From contig NC_068983.1 of assembly GCF_001194135.2 (NCBI RefSeq), forward strand, positions 24,301,573 to 24,356,193: 54,621 bases of DNA. The letters run 5' to 3'. Origin of the DNA: Octopus bimaculoides (Eukaryota). Shown here one piece after another: positions 27,232 to 39,779 of this stretch. Under the pieces are notes generated by a model. It was not told the DNA's origin and searched no databases. It worked only from the letters and a program-made list of their open reading frames with translations. Both the position numbers and the translations under genes were made by a program. The number at the start of each line of letters is the position of its first letter. The first letter of the stretch is position 1.

Positions 27232-28031
27232 AGATAATACAAAAAAATAACCTAATGAGTATATCTGACAGTAAACTCATGGTATCAGTTTGCACATCAC
27301 GAAATAATACTTAAAGGATATAATCAAAATTACCAGCAGGGTATATGATATACTTCATTAATTATATCCTACTTTAGTTAATTTACTAAATATGAAGGAA
27401 CTACACGTGTTTCAGTATTGGAAGATTACAATATATATACATATACATATAAATATTTGAATTTTTCTTGTTATACATTTAAACACAAACATTTTTATTC
27501 TAATGTTTAATCTTATATCTCACATTCTCTATTTGACATATACTTGATTTTACTTGGTTGGTATATATACTAATTCATATCTATAATGTATAATTTATAA
27601 ATTTTAATTCTTAATATTACTTAGTTTAATTTTTATTCTTAATTTTTAATTCCTAATTTTTAATCTTTAATGCTTAATTGCATTGCTTATTTTTAAGGGG
27701 ATGTAAAATTAGATATATAATATTTTGAAATAGAACCTGAAGTTGTGTTGGAATAATTCTAAATCTGATGATTGCATATATGTGTTTATATATGTATATA
27801 TATATATATATATATAAGTATACAGTTGTAATCTTCCAATACTGAAACACGTGTAGTTCCTTCATATTTAATTAGTATAAGTATTAACTAAAGTAGGATA
27901 TAAGTAATGAAGTATATTATATACCCTGCTAGTAAGTTTGGTTATATCCTTTAAGTATTATTTCGTGATGTGCAAACTGATACCATGAGTTTACTGTCAG
28001 ATATACTCATTAGGTTATTTTTGTATTATCT
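27232..28031. mobile_element. Fold-back unit with ~200-bp inverted arms; probable PLE pLTR with inverted partial copy
   Basis: 27232-27431 is the reverse complement of 27826-28031 (agataatacaaaaaaataacctaatgag...gaaggaactacacgtgtttcagtattggaagattacaa). The right arm runs into a gap and contains the 3' half of a hammerhead-like motif. Confidence 0.75.
27731..27860 (+). ncRNA. Degenerate hammerhead-like motif with microsatellite-expanded stem II
   Basis: GAAC-CTGAAGT-T-GTGTTGGAA...(TA)n...TTCCAATAC-T-GAAACACGTGT-A-GTTC. Stem I GAAC/GTTC, 9-bp stem II and palindromic stem III ACACGTGT. A9 is mutated to T. Confidence 0.5.
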
Positions 28032-28041
28032 NNNNNNNNNN

Positions 28042-28095
<54 letters not shown>

Positions 28096-28337
28096 ATTGA
28101 AGTGTACAATGTTATATATCCATTACAGCCAATTTTACCAATTGGTTTCGCATGAGGGGTTCAATGGAGTGTTAGATAACAGTCTGATTATGTAACTCTA
28201 TGCTCTTCAGAGGTAGCTGTTATGGAATGAAATATGGTGACTGTACACTTTGATTAATATATCCACTCTACTGACAGATTTATGAATGTATTTTTCCCTG
28301 GCCTATGGACTATTAAATAGCTTACCCCCTCATACAC

Positions 28338-28460
28338 TCTTCAACATGAATAGTATTGTTGGTGATTTCAAAGTTTTGGCCAGCTAAGCCATTGACAGTC
28401 TGATGATAGATTAGCTGGCCAAAACTTCAAAGTCACTGTCAATACTATTCTTGTTAAAGA
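28338..28460. repeat. Compact hairpin: 50-nt inverted arms, 23-nt loop
   Basis: tcttcaacatgaatagtattgttggtgatttcaaagttttggccagctaa pairs with ttagctggccaaaacttcaaagtcactgtcaatactattcttgttaaaga; the inner 17 bp are perfect. Confidence 0.85.
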
Positions 28461-28554
28461 ACAACAAATTTGGACTCTACCAAATGTATTGAGCTTAATT
28501 TAAAAAAAATCTTCTTTATTATGACATAAAGACAAACAATTATTTTATTCCCCC

Positions 28555-28741
28555 AATTTTGGGGGAAGGGACCAGTCAATTGCATCAACCCCAGTGTTCA
28601 ACTGGTACTTATTTTATCGACTCTGAAAGGATGAAAGGCAAAGTCAACCCTGGTGGAATTTGAACTCAGAATGTAGCAACAAGCAAAATACCGCTAAGCA
28701 TTTTACCTGGAATGCTAACGATTCTACCAGCTCACCACCTT
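28555..28741 (-). mobile_element. SINE family 2 variant (alternative 3' tail)
   Basis: Reverse complement of the family 2 head/body (aaggatgaaaggcaaagtcaacc...ccagctcaccacctt), abutting (TAA)n. Confidence 0.8.
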
Positions 28742-28762
28742 AATAATAATAATAATAGTAAT

Positions 28763-28944
28763 AATATAGAAAGGATTGCAGTAACTCCTCCTGAAGATAT
28801 AGAGTCAAAATTAAAAGAAGAGTGCCATTTGCTATCTTGTGAACAATATTTCGACATCTCGTGTGTCTTCCACTGGTTCAAAAAATAAATTTGTCAATCT
28901 ACTTCATTTTGGTTAATATAGAAAGGATTGAGGTAACTCCTCCT

Positions 28945-28945
<1 letters not shown>
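28763..28945 (-). mobile_element. Short unit with 31-bp terminal direct repeats and a hammerhead-like core (28840-28880); PLE pLTR/retrozyme-like
   Basis: aatatagaaaggattg(ca/ag)gtaactcctcctg occurs at 28763-28793 and 28915-28945 (period 152). Minus strand: TGAAC-CAGTGGA-A-GACA...TGTC-GAAATAT-T-GTTCA. Confidence 0.45.
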
Positions 28946-28990
<45 letters not shown>

Positions 28991-29775
28991 TAATAATAAC
29001 TAGAAAAGCTCTCGGAGAGCGCAGACCTCCGCCAAGCAGCTCATTTCCACCCATATACATGCATGCTGAAAATCGCCCAATTTCCCAAATCAACGCCAGC
29101 AAAAACATAACCTCCTTATTGGGGGTAAAAAAAAAAAATACAGCCATATGATTTTCAGAAAAAAAAACCCCTTTAGAAACAGGAATTATCTGAAGCAGTT
29201 CACACCCACCAACATCATCAGCAGCATTGTCATCGACTTCAACCACATACACCACCATCAATGTTATCATGATGGTTACCTTGACAGTCAGTTTCACCAC
29301 CACAACCAGTATAACCACTGCAATACCACCATCACACAACTAACACTATCATCAACACCACTATTACCACCATCACCTCAGCATCACACATCACACCGCT
29401 CCTGTCGCCATTATAACCACCAATACTATTTTATCCTTTTCCCATACTTATCTCAACCATCGTCATCATCAACGCTGTCTCTAAACAGCAACGCCACCAT
29501 AGGTTACGTGGAACCGATGTATTTTCAAGGGAGATAATCAAAGAACGTAACAATACTTCATGTAAAGTAAATATAACAAATGAAAAATCCTTCAAGAAAC
29601 CATAAAAATTCCCAGATCACTATCAAAATTTCATCATCTGTTCCTTGTGTCATTACCAACTTTTCCAGCAAGTTTCATCAAATACCATTCACAACTTTTT
29701 GAATTATTTTGCACACAGACGTATAAGCCAACACCAATGAAAACATAACTTCCTTTCTTGGTGGAGGTAATAATG

Positions 29776-29806
<31 letters not shown>

Positions 29807-29809
29807 TAA

Positions 29810-30022
29810 TCGTTTCTTCTATAGGCACAAGGTCTGAAATTTTGAGGGAGGGGAAAATGTCAATCCCATTAACCCCGGTACTTGAGTGGTACTTAATTTA
29901 TTGACCCTGAAAGGATGAAAGGCGAAGTCGACCTCAGCAGAATTTGAACTCAGAACATAAAGACAAACAAAATACTGCTAAGCCTTTTGCCTGGTGTGCT
30001 AACAATTCTACCAGCTCACCAC
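29810..30022 (-). mobile_element. SINE family 2 variant
   Basis: Same sequence as 28555-28741, with tail cgtttcttctataggcacaaggtctgaaatttt; flanked by (TAA)n and (TAG)n. Confidence 0.8.
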
Positions 30023-30024
30023 CT

Positions 30025-30124
<100 letters not shown>

Positions 30125-30126
30125 AA

Positions 30127-30515
30127 TGCTTTCTAATTGATGTATCAATACCAGCAGATGACAACGTTTCTCTAAAAGAAATAGAAAAACTTTCAAAATA
30201 CAAAGACCTGGAAATAGAGATAACTCGAACGTGGAATCTAAAAACAGAAACAATTCCTATCATAGTAGGTGCCTTAGGTATAATAAAAAAATATTCAGAC
30301 AAATACATAACAAAAACACCAGGACTTACAAATATATATAACATACAGAAAATTGCACTACTGGGTACTGCACACATTCTACGCAAAACACTTTCAATAC
30401 AGTAAACATAAGAGCACCACAGCAAACCACAGCACATACCCAAGGCGCACAGAGCTGCGCTCGGTAGTGAAGTGAAAGCACGTTATAAAAATAAAACTAC
30501 TGAACAATAATAATA
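30127..30515 (+). mobile_element. 5'-truncated non-LTR retrotransposon with restriction-like endonuclease (Dong/R4-type), inserted in (TAA)n
   Basis: Uninterrupted frame 30127-30405: CFLIDVSIPADDNVSLKEIEKLSKYKDLEIEITRTWNLKTETIPIIVGALG...IQKIALLGTAHILRKTLSIQ*. This has the RLE D...K..KY and PxxxGALG motifs. A ~100-nt 3' UTR ends in (AAT)n. Confidence 0.85.
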
Positions 30516-30701
30516 ATAGACAATATGAAGAGCCCAATGTGATTGCAATAGATAATTTATTGGTTTGAACAATATTTCGACAGCCTGCCTGTCTTTATCT
30601 AGTTCAAAATGAAAAGTGATATATAGAAATATCATTCAAACCAATAAAATATCTATTGCAGTTGCATCACGCTCTTCGTATTGTCTATTTACCTTTGTGA
30701 G

Positions 30702-30707
<6 letters not shown>
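30516..30707 (-). mobile_element. Short fold-back unit (54-bp inverted arms) with hammerhead-like core (30566-30606)
   Basis: 30516-30569 is an imperfect reverse complement of 30635-30688. Minus strand: TGAAC-TAGATAA-A-GACAG-gcagg-CTGTC-GAAATAT-T-GTTCA. Same family as 28763-28945. Confidence 0.5.
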
Positions 30708-30737
<30 letters not shown>

Positions 30738-30748
30738 GTAATAATAAT

Positions 30749-30953
30749 CGTTTCTACTTTAGAACAAGGCCTGAAATTTTGGGGAGGGGGATAGTCGATT
30801 ACATTGACACCCCAGTACTCAACTGGTACTTATTTTATTGACCCTAAAAGGATGAAAGGTAAAGTCAACTTCAGCAGAATTTGAACTCAAAATGCAAAGA
30901 TAGATGAAATGCTGCTAAGCATTTTGCTCCGCGTGCTAATGTTTCTGCCACCT
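30749..30953 (-). mobile_element. SINE family 2 variant
   Basis: Third copy in the cluster, flanked by (TAA)n on both sides. Confidence 0.8.
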
Positions 30954-32833
30954 CTAATAATAATAATGTGAAATGTTTTGGTACCGGACTTTTATCCCAC
31001 CCTATATATATATATATATATATANNNNNNNNNNNNNNNNNNNNNNNNNNNNNNNNNNNNNNNNNNNNNNNNNNNNNNNNNNNNNNNNNNNNNNNNNNNN
31101 NNNNNNNNNNNNNNNNNNNNNNNNNNNNNNNNNNNNNNNNNNNNNNNNNNNNNNNNNNNNNNNNNNNNNNNNNNNNNNNNNNNNNNNNNNNNNNNNNNNN
31201 NNNNNNNNNNNNNNNNNNNNNNNNNNNNNNNNNNNNNNNNNNNNNNNNNNNNNNNNNNNNNNNNNNNNNNNNNNNNNNNNNNNNNNNNNNNNNNNNNNNN
31301 NNNNNNNNNNNNNNNNNNNNNNNNNNNNNNNNNNNNNNNNNNNNNNNNNNNNNNNNNNNNNNNNNNNNNNNNNNNNNNNNNNNNNNNNNNNNNNNNNNNN
31401 NNNNNNNNNNNNNNNNNNNNNNNNNNNNNNNNNNNNNNNNNNNNNNNNNNNNNNNNNNNNNNNNNNNNNNNNNNNNNNNNNNNNNNNNNNNNNNNNNNNN
31501 NNNNNNNNNNNNNNNNNNNNNNNNNNNNNNNNTATATATATATATATATGAAATTTGTGTATGTGTGTTCATTTCTAGTTGGGTCTTGGTAGAGTGTAAA
31601 AGCAATGTCATCATTTAGGCAGTGTTGTCATTGTTTTCACCCCTTATAAAAGCTTCTGTGACCGTTGAGTGGTTCATGTGAAAGAACAAGGTTATAAGTA
31701 CTTTGCTTGGAAACAAGTAGAGATTAGTGAGAGGATGGTTATCCTGCCTTAGAATACTGCTTCAAGAAATTCCATTGAAACCATGCCAGTTCATGGATGA
31801 AATGGATATAAGAAGAGTGTTGATGAAAAGGAAATGGTACTGCACCAGGTATTGAGAACACCAACATTCATTTCAAAGCATCCCATTTAGATTGATGAAT
31901 CTATTTCAAGTTCCTTAGCTATTACCAGCACTGGATACCGAGTGAGACAACACTGAAATGACTGTGGGTGTCATAGATTCCTTGTAGAAAATCAGTAGGA
32001 ATTCTCTATTGAATGCAGGCAATGGCTGCCGGGCTCAAAGAAATTGTATAAAATACACAAAGTGGTGTTGTAGAATAAACAAACTTTTAGTTCGGTTCAA
32101 TTATGTCTGGGACATATCTGACCTGTAAAAAGGCCATTTTTATTGCAGCTTTCTGTGGCAGTTTACAGGAATACTCTACCCTATGTAATTATGTCTCTTC
32201 ATTTCTGAGTTCAAATTCTGCCAAGGTCAACTTTGACGTTCATAACCACTGCCAAGATTAAGTGCAAACTTCTCTTTAAAAAAATTGGCCTTGCATCAAG
32301 TTAAAGAATTCCTTATTGAAAAAGGAGATAAATACTTATTATTTTCCCACTTCAGTATTGTAGCTAATTGCTTGGTTTGTTATCATATGAGTTTTATTCA
32401 TCACTAGTGTTGTTGGTGGTGGTGGTGGAGAATTATCTTTTTTTTTTAGCCTCAGGGATGTAGTATTGGGAAGTTTCTGGAATTTATAACTTTCTCTGAA
32501 TAAACAGCAGAATGAATGAAATAACGATATCATCATCATCATCATCATCATCATTTAATGTCCAACCTATGTCATACTAGCATAAACTGGATGGTTCAAT
32601 AAGCACTGATGAACCAGAGGGCTATGCTGAGCTTCATTCTTTATTTTGGCATGGTTTCTTCATTTGGATGCTCTTCCTGATGCCAACGACTTTATAGAGT
32701 GTACTGGGTGCTTTTCTGCACATTTTCCATACTTGTATAGGCTGGATGAGACTTCTTGAGTTGGTATTCTTGGAATGGTGCCTTTCCTGATACCAACCTT
32801 AATTTGTTTTTCAAGTACTTTATTCCTTGTCTT

Positions 32834-33234
32834 CATGGCTGTGTGGTAAGTAGCTTGCCTACCAACCACATGGTTTCGGGTTCAGTCCCACTGCGTGGCA
32901 TCTTGGGCAACTGTCTTCTACTATAGCCTCGGGCTGACCAAAGCCTTGTGAGTGGATTTGGTAGATGGAAACTGAAAGAAACCCGTCGTATATATGTATA
33001 TACATATATATATGTGTTTGTGTGTCTGTGTTTGTCCCCCTAGCATTGCTTGACAACCGATACTGGTGTGTTTATGTCCCCGTCACCTAGCGGTTCGGCA
33101 AAAGAGACTGATAGAATAAGTACTAGGCTTCCAAAGAATAAGTCCTGGGGGCGATTTGCTCGACTAAAGGCGGTGCTCCAGTATGGTCGCAGTCAAATGA
33201 CTGAAACAAGTAAAAGAGTAAAAGAGTAAGAGTA
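32834..33234 (+). mobile_element. tRNA-head SINE family 1, near full length
   Basis: A-box-like tggctgtgtgg, B-box-like gggttcagtccc, internal (TA)/(TG) tract and 3' gcagtcaaatgactgaaacaagtaaaagagtaaaagagta. Many diverged copies lie across the window. Confidence 0.9.
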
Positions 33235-33499
33235 TACATCAAACTGCTGCCAGACATAAGCACCATGCCTAAGGCAGTGTCATTGCAAAGACATGCAAAT
33301 AAGCACACATATATATACAAATATGTGCACACACACACACACACACACACACACGAAATATTAGATAACCTGAAGTTCCTCACAATGGTATCAAACTTGA
33401 AACCACTCGGTTACAAAGCAAACTCCTGCACTAACTATACAACTTGTACCTGGTATTTGAACATGAATTGCAGAACTTGTTCTCTTGGTCAGTCTTGGA

Positions 33500-33768
33500 C
33501 AGTGATTCGCAACCATTTTCTGCCTATGGACCCATTTGCTTCCTATTTTACTTGGTTGGACCTTCATAACCATTCGATGTTTAAAAAATCCTTTTGTACT
33601 TTTAGGATTAAGTTTATTAGAAATTGTATTAAAAGAAATTAAAATATTTTGTGCACTGTAGAAGTAAAATGAATTTATTGTACATAACTTTTAACAACAA
33701 AATATTACATGCCCCCCCCCCCCCTCGACACACACCTGGGTCATATGGACCCTGCTTGAGAACCACTG
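33500..33768. mobile_element. hAT-like MITE
   Basis: TIRs cagtgattcgcaacc ... gcttgagaaccactg; flanks gtcttgga / atctagga resemble a degenerate 8-bp TSD. Confidence 0.7.
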
Positions 33769-34684
33769 ATCTAGGAGAACCTATGAAGTTCATGGGCTTT
33801 CCTTTTTCTCATTCTCCTTCTCTTTTACTTCTGACCAGGTTATGATTAAGAAAAAGAGTTTTCTAAGAATATGATAATACTTGCACTTTTTAAAGCCAGT
33901 AGGGCGAAGTTAGAGGGAAATTAGGTTGCTATTTCTAGCAGTTTGAGCAACCACTTATGAAGGCTAACCTCAGGCTGTATTGGGCTGGAAGAAATAAAAG
34001 AACAATTGGTAACATCGTTAGAGTGTAGAACAAAATGCCATGTAATTTAGTTATGGTCCTTTATGTCCTGAGTTCAAATCCTGCCTAGGTCAATTTTGCA
34101 TTTCTTCCTTTCAGGGCTGTAAAATAAAGTATTAGTTTAAGTCTTGGGATCAATTTATATTCCTATAAAGCTTGTTAAACGACAGAATTCTATTAGAAGA
34201 CTTAGTGTTGTGTTTTTAAATTTGCCATGTGTATGGATTGAGAGAAAGATATTTGTCACTTCCTCTCATTTTCCACTGCATGCATGGATGAGATGGTTTG
34301 TTTGTTCCATTCCTTTTCTGCAGTGAACCATTCAACCATGACAAAAAATAAAAAGCAAGTAGTTTTATGTGCTTGACCCAGAATTATAACATAATGGTTA
34401 ATTTTGATATCAACTCATGTGAGACAACCTGTATATGATAAAACAAAACGAGAAATACATTCTCTCTTTTTGTAGTGTTCATATTTAAGTTTAAAAAATG
34501 TCTGTTATTTCTTGTGAGAATCCTTTGTTATGTGAAGGTATGGGTATGTGGTTAAGAAACTCAATTTGCAATGATGGATTTTTGAGTTCAGTCCTACTGC
34601 ACAGCACCTTCTACTATAGCTCTCAGACAACCAATGGTTTGTGAGTGAATTTGGTTGATGGAAACTGTATGAAAGCCCATCATG

Positions 34685-34715
<31 letters not shown>

Positions 34716-37700
34716 CTGTGTCTGTGTACATGTGTATATGTGTGTGTCTGTGTCTGTTTGTCGGACTGGTGTGGATTTGTTTGCATCCCTGTAACTTGAT
34801 GGTTCAAAAAAAGAGACTAACAGAGTAAGTAGTGGGTGAATGGGGGTGATTTGTTTGATTAAAACCTTTTAAGGTGGTGCCCCAGAATTGCTGCTACTTT
34901 TGCCAATGTGGGTAATATCAGATAATGTTATAATAATCATCATTTTAACTATAGGTGCAATAATTATAATTTTACTTTTTTTAAAAATTTCATGTTGAAT
35001 CAATACTAATGAAATGAATTATCAATTGTATGTTTGCAATAAATATATATTATCAATAACATTGATACTGTTTAACTATCAATTAATTAGTGTTCTAACA
35101 TTATCTGATGCTACTGACAGTGACAAGAGTATGTTTCCTAAAGGGATCTGTGATATGACAAGTAACACCCTAATTAGTATATAATAATGAAAGGATCAGA
35201 CTTATATCCCTTTGGAAATGGACAAACAGAAAGATAGAGATACTGCCAATTATATCAATAAATTAATTGAGACATGTAGACAGTGCCTTTTATTAGAATT
35301 GAATGCAAAAGTGTGAGACCTGTGACCATTTGGTTTGCACCTTAGCACATTAACCTCATAGCTATTTTACTTCTATACTAATTAAAGTTTAAAAAGAATT
35401 CCTCTTCAGCTGTATGACTTTGAAATTCATTGCTACAATTTCATCCACTGAGCTATGTTCAATTTTTATTCAACCCCAGGTCAGTTCTGACTGGGCAAAG
35501 TTATGATCAAAAACATTCCAGTCATGACCTCTCTGTCATTGTTCAAAATACAGTACAATAAGATCCATATCCAATATGTCTTTCTTTCCTTTAATGATTG
35601 TGTGTGATTTGAGGGGTATGTAACTGGTATCTCTAGCAATTCTAGTGAGTAACTGTGTAAAGGTTGCTCCAAGTTAAAATAGTGAGAAATACTTGCTGAA
35701 AGTTTTAAATCAAATATCAAAATTAGACAGTGGACAGTTAATTGTTTATAGTTATGAGTCTGTTCTTGCTGATTTGAAAATATCAGGAGAGTGTACCTCT
35801 TTCCTCAAAAGAATGCTATATTAAAATGTACCAACAACATTTGAAGATAATAATGGCAAAAATGTATCAACTACATTTGAAAATAATAATGGCAGGAATC
35901 TGTTTAGTGAGCTTTCAAAGAAATGAAGGCATATTTTTTATCTTTTACTTCTGTCAGTCATTGGGCTTCAGCCATGTGGGGGCACTGTTTTGAAGGTTTT
36001 ATTCAAATGAATCAACATCACTATATTTTTTTTTAAGTCCGCTACATATTGTATTAATCTCTTTTGCTGAACTGCTTAGATATGGTGGTGTAAACAAACC
36101 AACAAACAAACACCATTGATCTAGTGATGGTTGAAGGCAAGCATAACAAAGCTCACACACACACACACACATCTTCATTTAATGCCTGTTTTCTATGCTG
36201 GCATGGGTTGGATGGTTTGAAAGCTGTTGGCAAGTCAGAGAGCTGCACCAGGCTTCATTGTCTGCTTTGGCCTGTTTTCAATGGTGAGATGCCTTTCCTA
36301 TAATGTCAAATACTCTACAAAGCAGGACTTTTTTTTCAGTTTCCATGCACTAAATCTACTTACAAGGCATTGAGTGGCCTGGAGCTATAGTAAAAGACAT
36401 TTACCCAAGGTGCTGTGCAGTGGAACTGAACCCAAGACCACATGGTTGGAAAGCAAGCTTGTCCAACACTCAGCCATGCCTGTACCTATTAAAAAATTGG
36501 ATCTCGCAAAAGACTCCAAAATCACAGGACAAAAATCTGTGATATTCTACTTTATTGTAGACTGCTCTGTACCAACATAGAACTTCAGATGTAAGCGATA
36601 CTAATAATAAAGATGAAGATAATTATTGTTATTGTGGTGGTAGTGGTGATGGTGGTAATGATTATAAATATTTGGTTTTTAGGATATGGCTGTGATTTGA
36701 TCAGAAATGACTGACTGTTGATGTACTTTAATAGTGCATCTACTCTAAATTTTTGTAATTGGTTTAGTAGCTTATAGCCAAACAGTGCCTACCAAGCAAT
36801 GTTGAATTGATATCTTTATTCTAAATGCTTTTATTGATGAATTGGAATAGTATTAATAATTAAATAAATATTGAGTGACTAGAGGTCAAAGAAGTGAAAT
36901 TATCAAATATCATTTTTATCATTATTTCATCAAAAGCTATATTCTTTGTTTGTTTGTTTGTTTGTTTGTTTGTTTTTTTCTGTGGTGCTATTAGTAATAT
37001 ATTGCCATAAGGAAATTGGTTTGTTTTATCAACATACCTTTTAATAGTACATAGCTTTACACTGCATTTTTCTTCAGTTTGTCTGGTTTCACTAGATGTG
37101 GTTTTGATATGGCTGTCTGCCTTACCATCAATAACGAAAGCTTGTCATTTGCATATCTATACTGACTATAGTTGCCTTGTTCTTTAGTTTGCCACTGGAC
37201 AGCTTATTAATTGTATTATTTTCATTGATGTTGCATGCATCGTGAATCCCAATCATCTTGTCTGCATTAAAATTCTTCCATGATAACCGCTCTCCTTTTA
37301 CTGATCATTTTTCATTTACATTTGTAAAACGTATTCTTCACACAACTTCTCCCATACTTTTGACATAAAGAAAAGTTTAGAATGTTATTCAAATCCTGTT
37401 GAGATCAGCTTAGCTTTTCATCTTTTCTGGGTGAGTTGATAAAATGAAAGTACACTTCCGGGGCAAGTGGGTTAGAAGTGTCTGAGTGTCAACAAAATGC
37501 TTTGCACTCCTGACATTCTGAGTTGAAGTCCCACTGAAGTCAGCCTTGCCTTTCATCCTTTCAAGATTCATAAAATATAGAATCAGTCCAGCAGAGCAGT
37601 GAACAGATTGAATGTTAGAGCATACAACAAGAAACCTCGTGGTTATTGGTCCAGCTCTTGGTATTCGAAGTTCAAATCCTACCATGGCTTACTTGGATGA

Positions 37701-37798
37701 TAGATTTAATCTGTTGCACTGTTTAATCCCAATACCTGGTCCTTGGATGACTTTAGCAGTGTCCAGTCCATTCCCAGATTTTGGACCAGATATCCCGC

Positions 37799-38025
37799 TT
37801 ACTCTTACTCTTTTTACTCTTTTCCTTGTTTCAGTCATTTGACTGTGGCCATGCTGGAGCACTGCCTTTAGTCGAGCAAATCGACCCCACAACTTATTCT
37901 TTGGATGCCTAGTACTTATTCTATCGGTCTCTTTTGCCAAACCGCTAAGTTACAGGGACGTAAACACACCACCATCGGTTGTCAAGTGATGTTGGGGAGA
38001 CAAACACAGACACACAAACATATAC

Positions 38026-38081
<56 letters not shown>

Positions 38082-38233
38082 GATGGGCTTCTTCCAGTTT
38101 CCATCTACCAAATCCACTCACAAGGCTTTGGTCGGCCCAAGGCTATAGTAGAAGACACTTGCCCAAGGTGTCACGCAGTGGGAATGAACCCGGAACCATG
38201 TGGCTGGTAAGCAAGCTACTTACCACACAGCCA
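37799..38233 (-). mobile_element. tRNA-head SINE family 1, near full length
   Basis: Reverse complement of 32834-33234, roughly 90% identical by eye. Confidence 0.9.
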
Positions 38234-39779
38234 CTCCTGTGCCACTCCTTCCACTAACTTCCTTCATTTTTCCTACTAGTACTACTAGAAAATTAAGGTT
38301 CATAAGCACTACCATTCTTCCAAACTAAATGATGAAGAAACAATGAATTGGCTGTGAAGTTTCATTGAATTTTGAACAAAAGTCAGTACATGTGGTCATG
38401 AATTCAGACCTCACTACATCTTTTACTTTGTACCCTCACATTTGGTACATTACTCACGTTGTAACTTTGAAAACAGAGTTTGCTAATGTTTTATAGTCAA
38501 GTGGGTGGTGGTTGTAGAGACTTGTTTCAAAATATCTAAAAGATTAAATTTGCGAGGAGCTTTATGTTACTAAATGACTGAATTTAAAAAAAAGACATGC
38601 TCCAAAATATCTATATAATAATCTGCTTGTTCGTTTTTTCATTATACTTTAGTTAGTTAGAGAGGTGGAGTAAATGTGAGAAAGAGAGAGAAGAGGGAAG
38701 AGATGTGAGCAGCGAAGAAAGAAGAGAGGAATATACTAATACACTAAGGCCAAATGCATCATGTGGTTAGTTGAAGGGAGAGGTGAAGAGTGAGAGAAAA
38801 ATATGGTGAGAGAAAAGTGGGAGAGAGAAGTGTTAATGATGTGCAGTAGGGTGGGGGAGGGGAAGGTGAAGAGAAAGAGAGAAATGTTAAAGACATGAAG
38901 AAGGGAATTACATGGTTAAAAAGTTTGTTGAAGAGATAGAGAAAAAGAGAAAAAACATAAAATATTTAGCAGAGAGAAATTTTAAAATCATATAATATAT
39001 TATTGTGACTGGAAGTGAAATACTTAACAAAATATAAATAAAAATGCGAATCATCCTCTCTTTTTTAAATAGCTTCTCTTAATCTTTTTCATTCTGTGGA
39101 ATTTCCACAGGTCTCACTAGTGTGTTTAGATTTGCTAGAGGCTTTCTGTTGTGAAATAACTAAATCAAAAAAGAAGGCATACTCCAAAATATGTCAATGG
39201 CTAAATTTGATGGAAGCATCCTGTTACTAAACACTACTGTATTTTTTAGCATATAAGTCAAATGTTTCAGACTAAAATTTACAGCCAAAAAAAACATAGA
39301 CTTATACACTAAGATGATTTTTGAGGACTAAAAGTTCCATATGAAATGCAGCATGATTTGGAATGATAGTGACAGTGTTTGACTGTTTATACAATATACT
39401 ATGTTGGCTTGTATACTGGAAAATATGGCAAATTTTAAAGGAAGACTTGTTCCAAAATATGTAAATGTAAATATGTAAAGTTACAAGAAACATGTTACTA
39501 TACAACTAAATTAAAGAGAATGACTTGCTCCAAAATGTGCAAATGGCTAAATCTTCTAGAAGCATTGTGTTAATAAATGGCTAAATTAAAAAGAAAGACT
39601 TGATCCAAATATGTAAGAGCATTATTGTTTGATCAATTGAATTACCTGTTTATTAAATTCATGTGTAAGTGATTACTATTCCTGTTATGTGTACTGTTAG
39701 CTTAATCCACAAGCAGAATCAGCATGAAATAGCATTTGATAAGGTTGAACCTTTTTTTCGAATCACAGCTATAGTTCAC

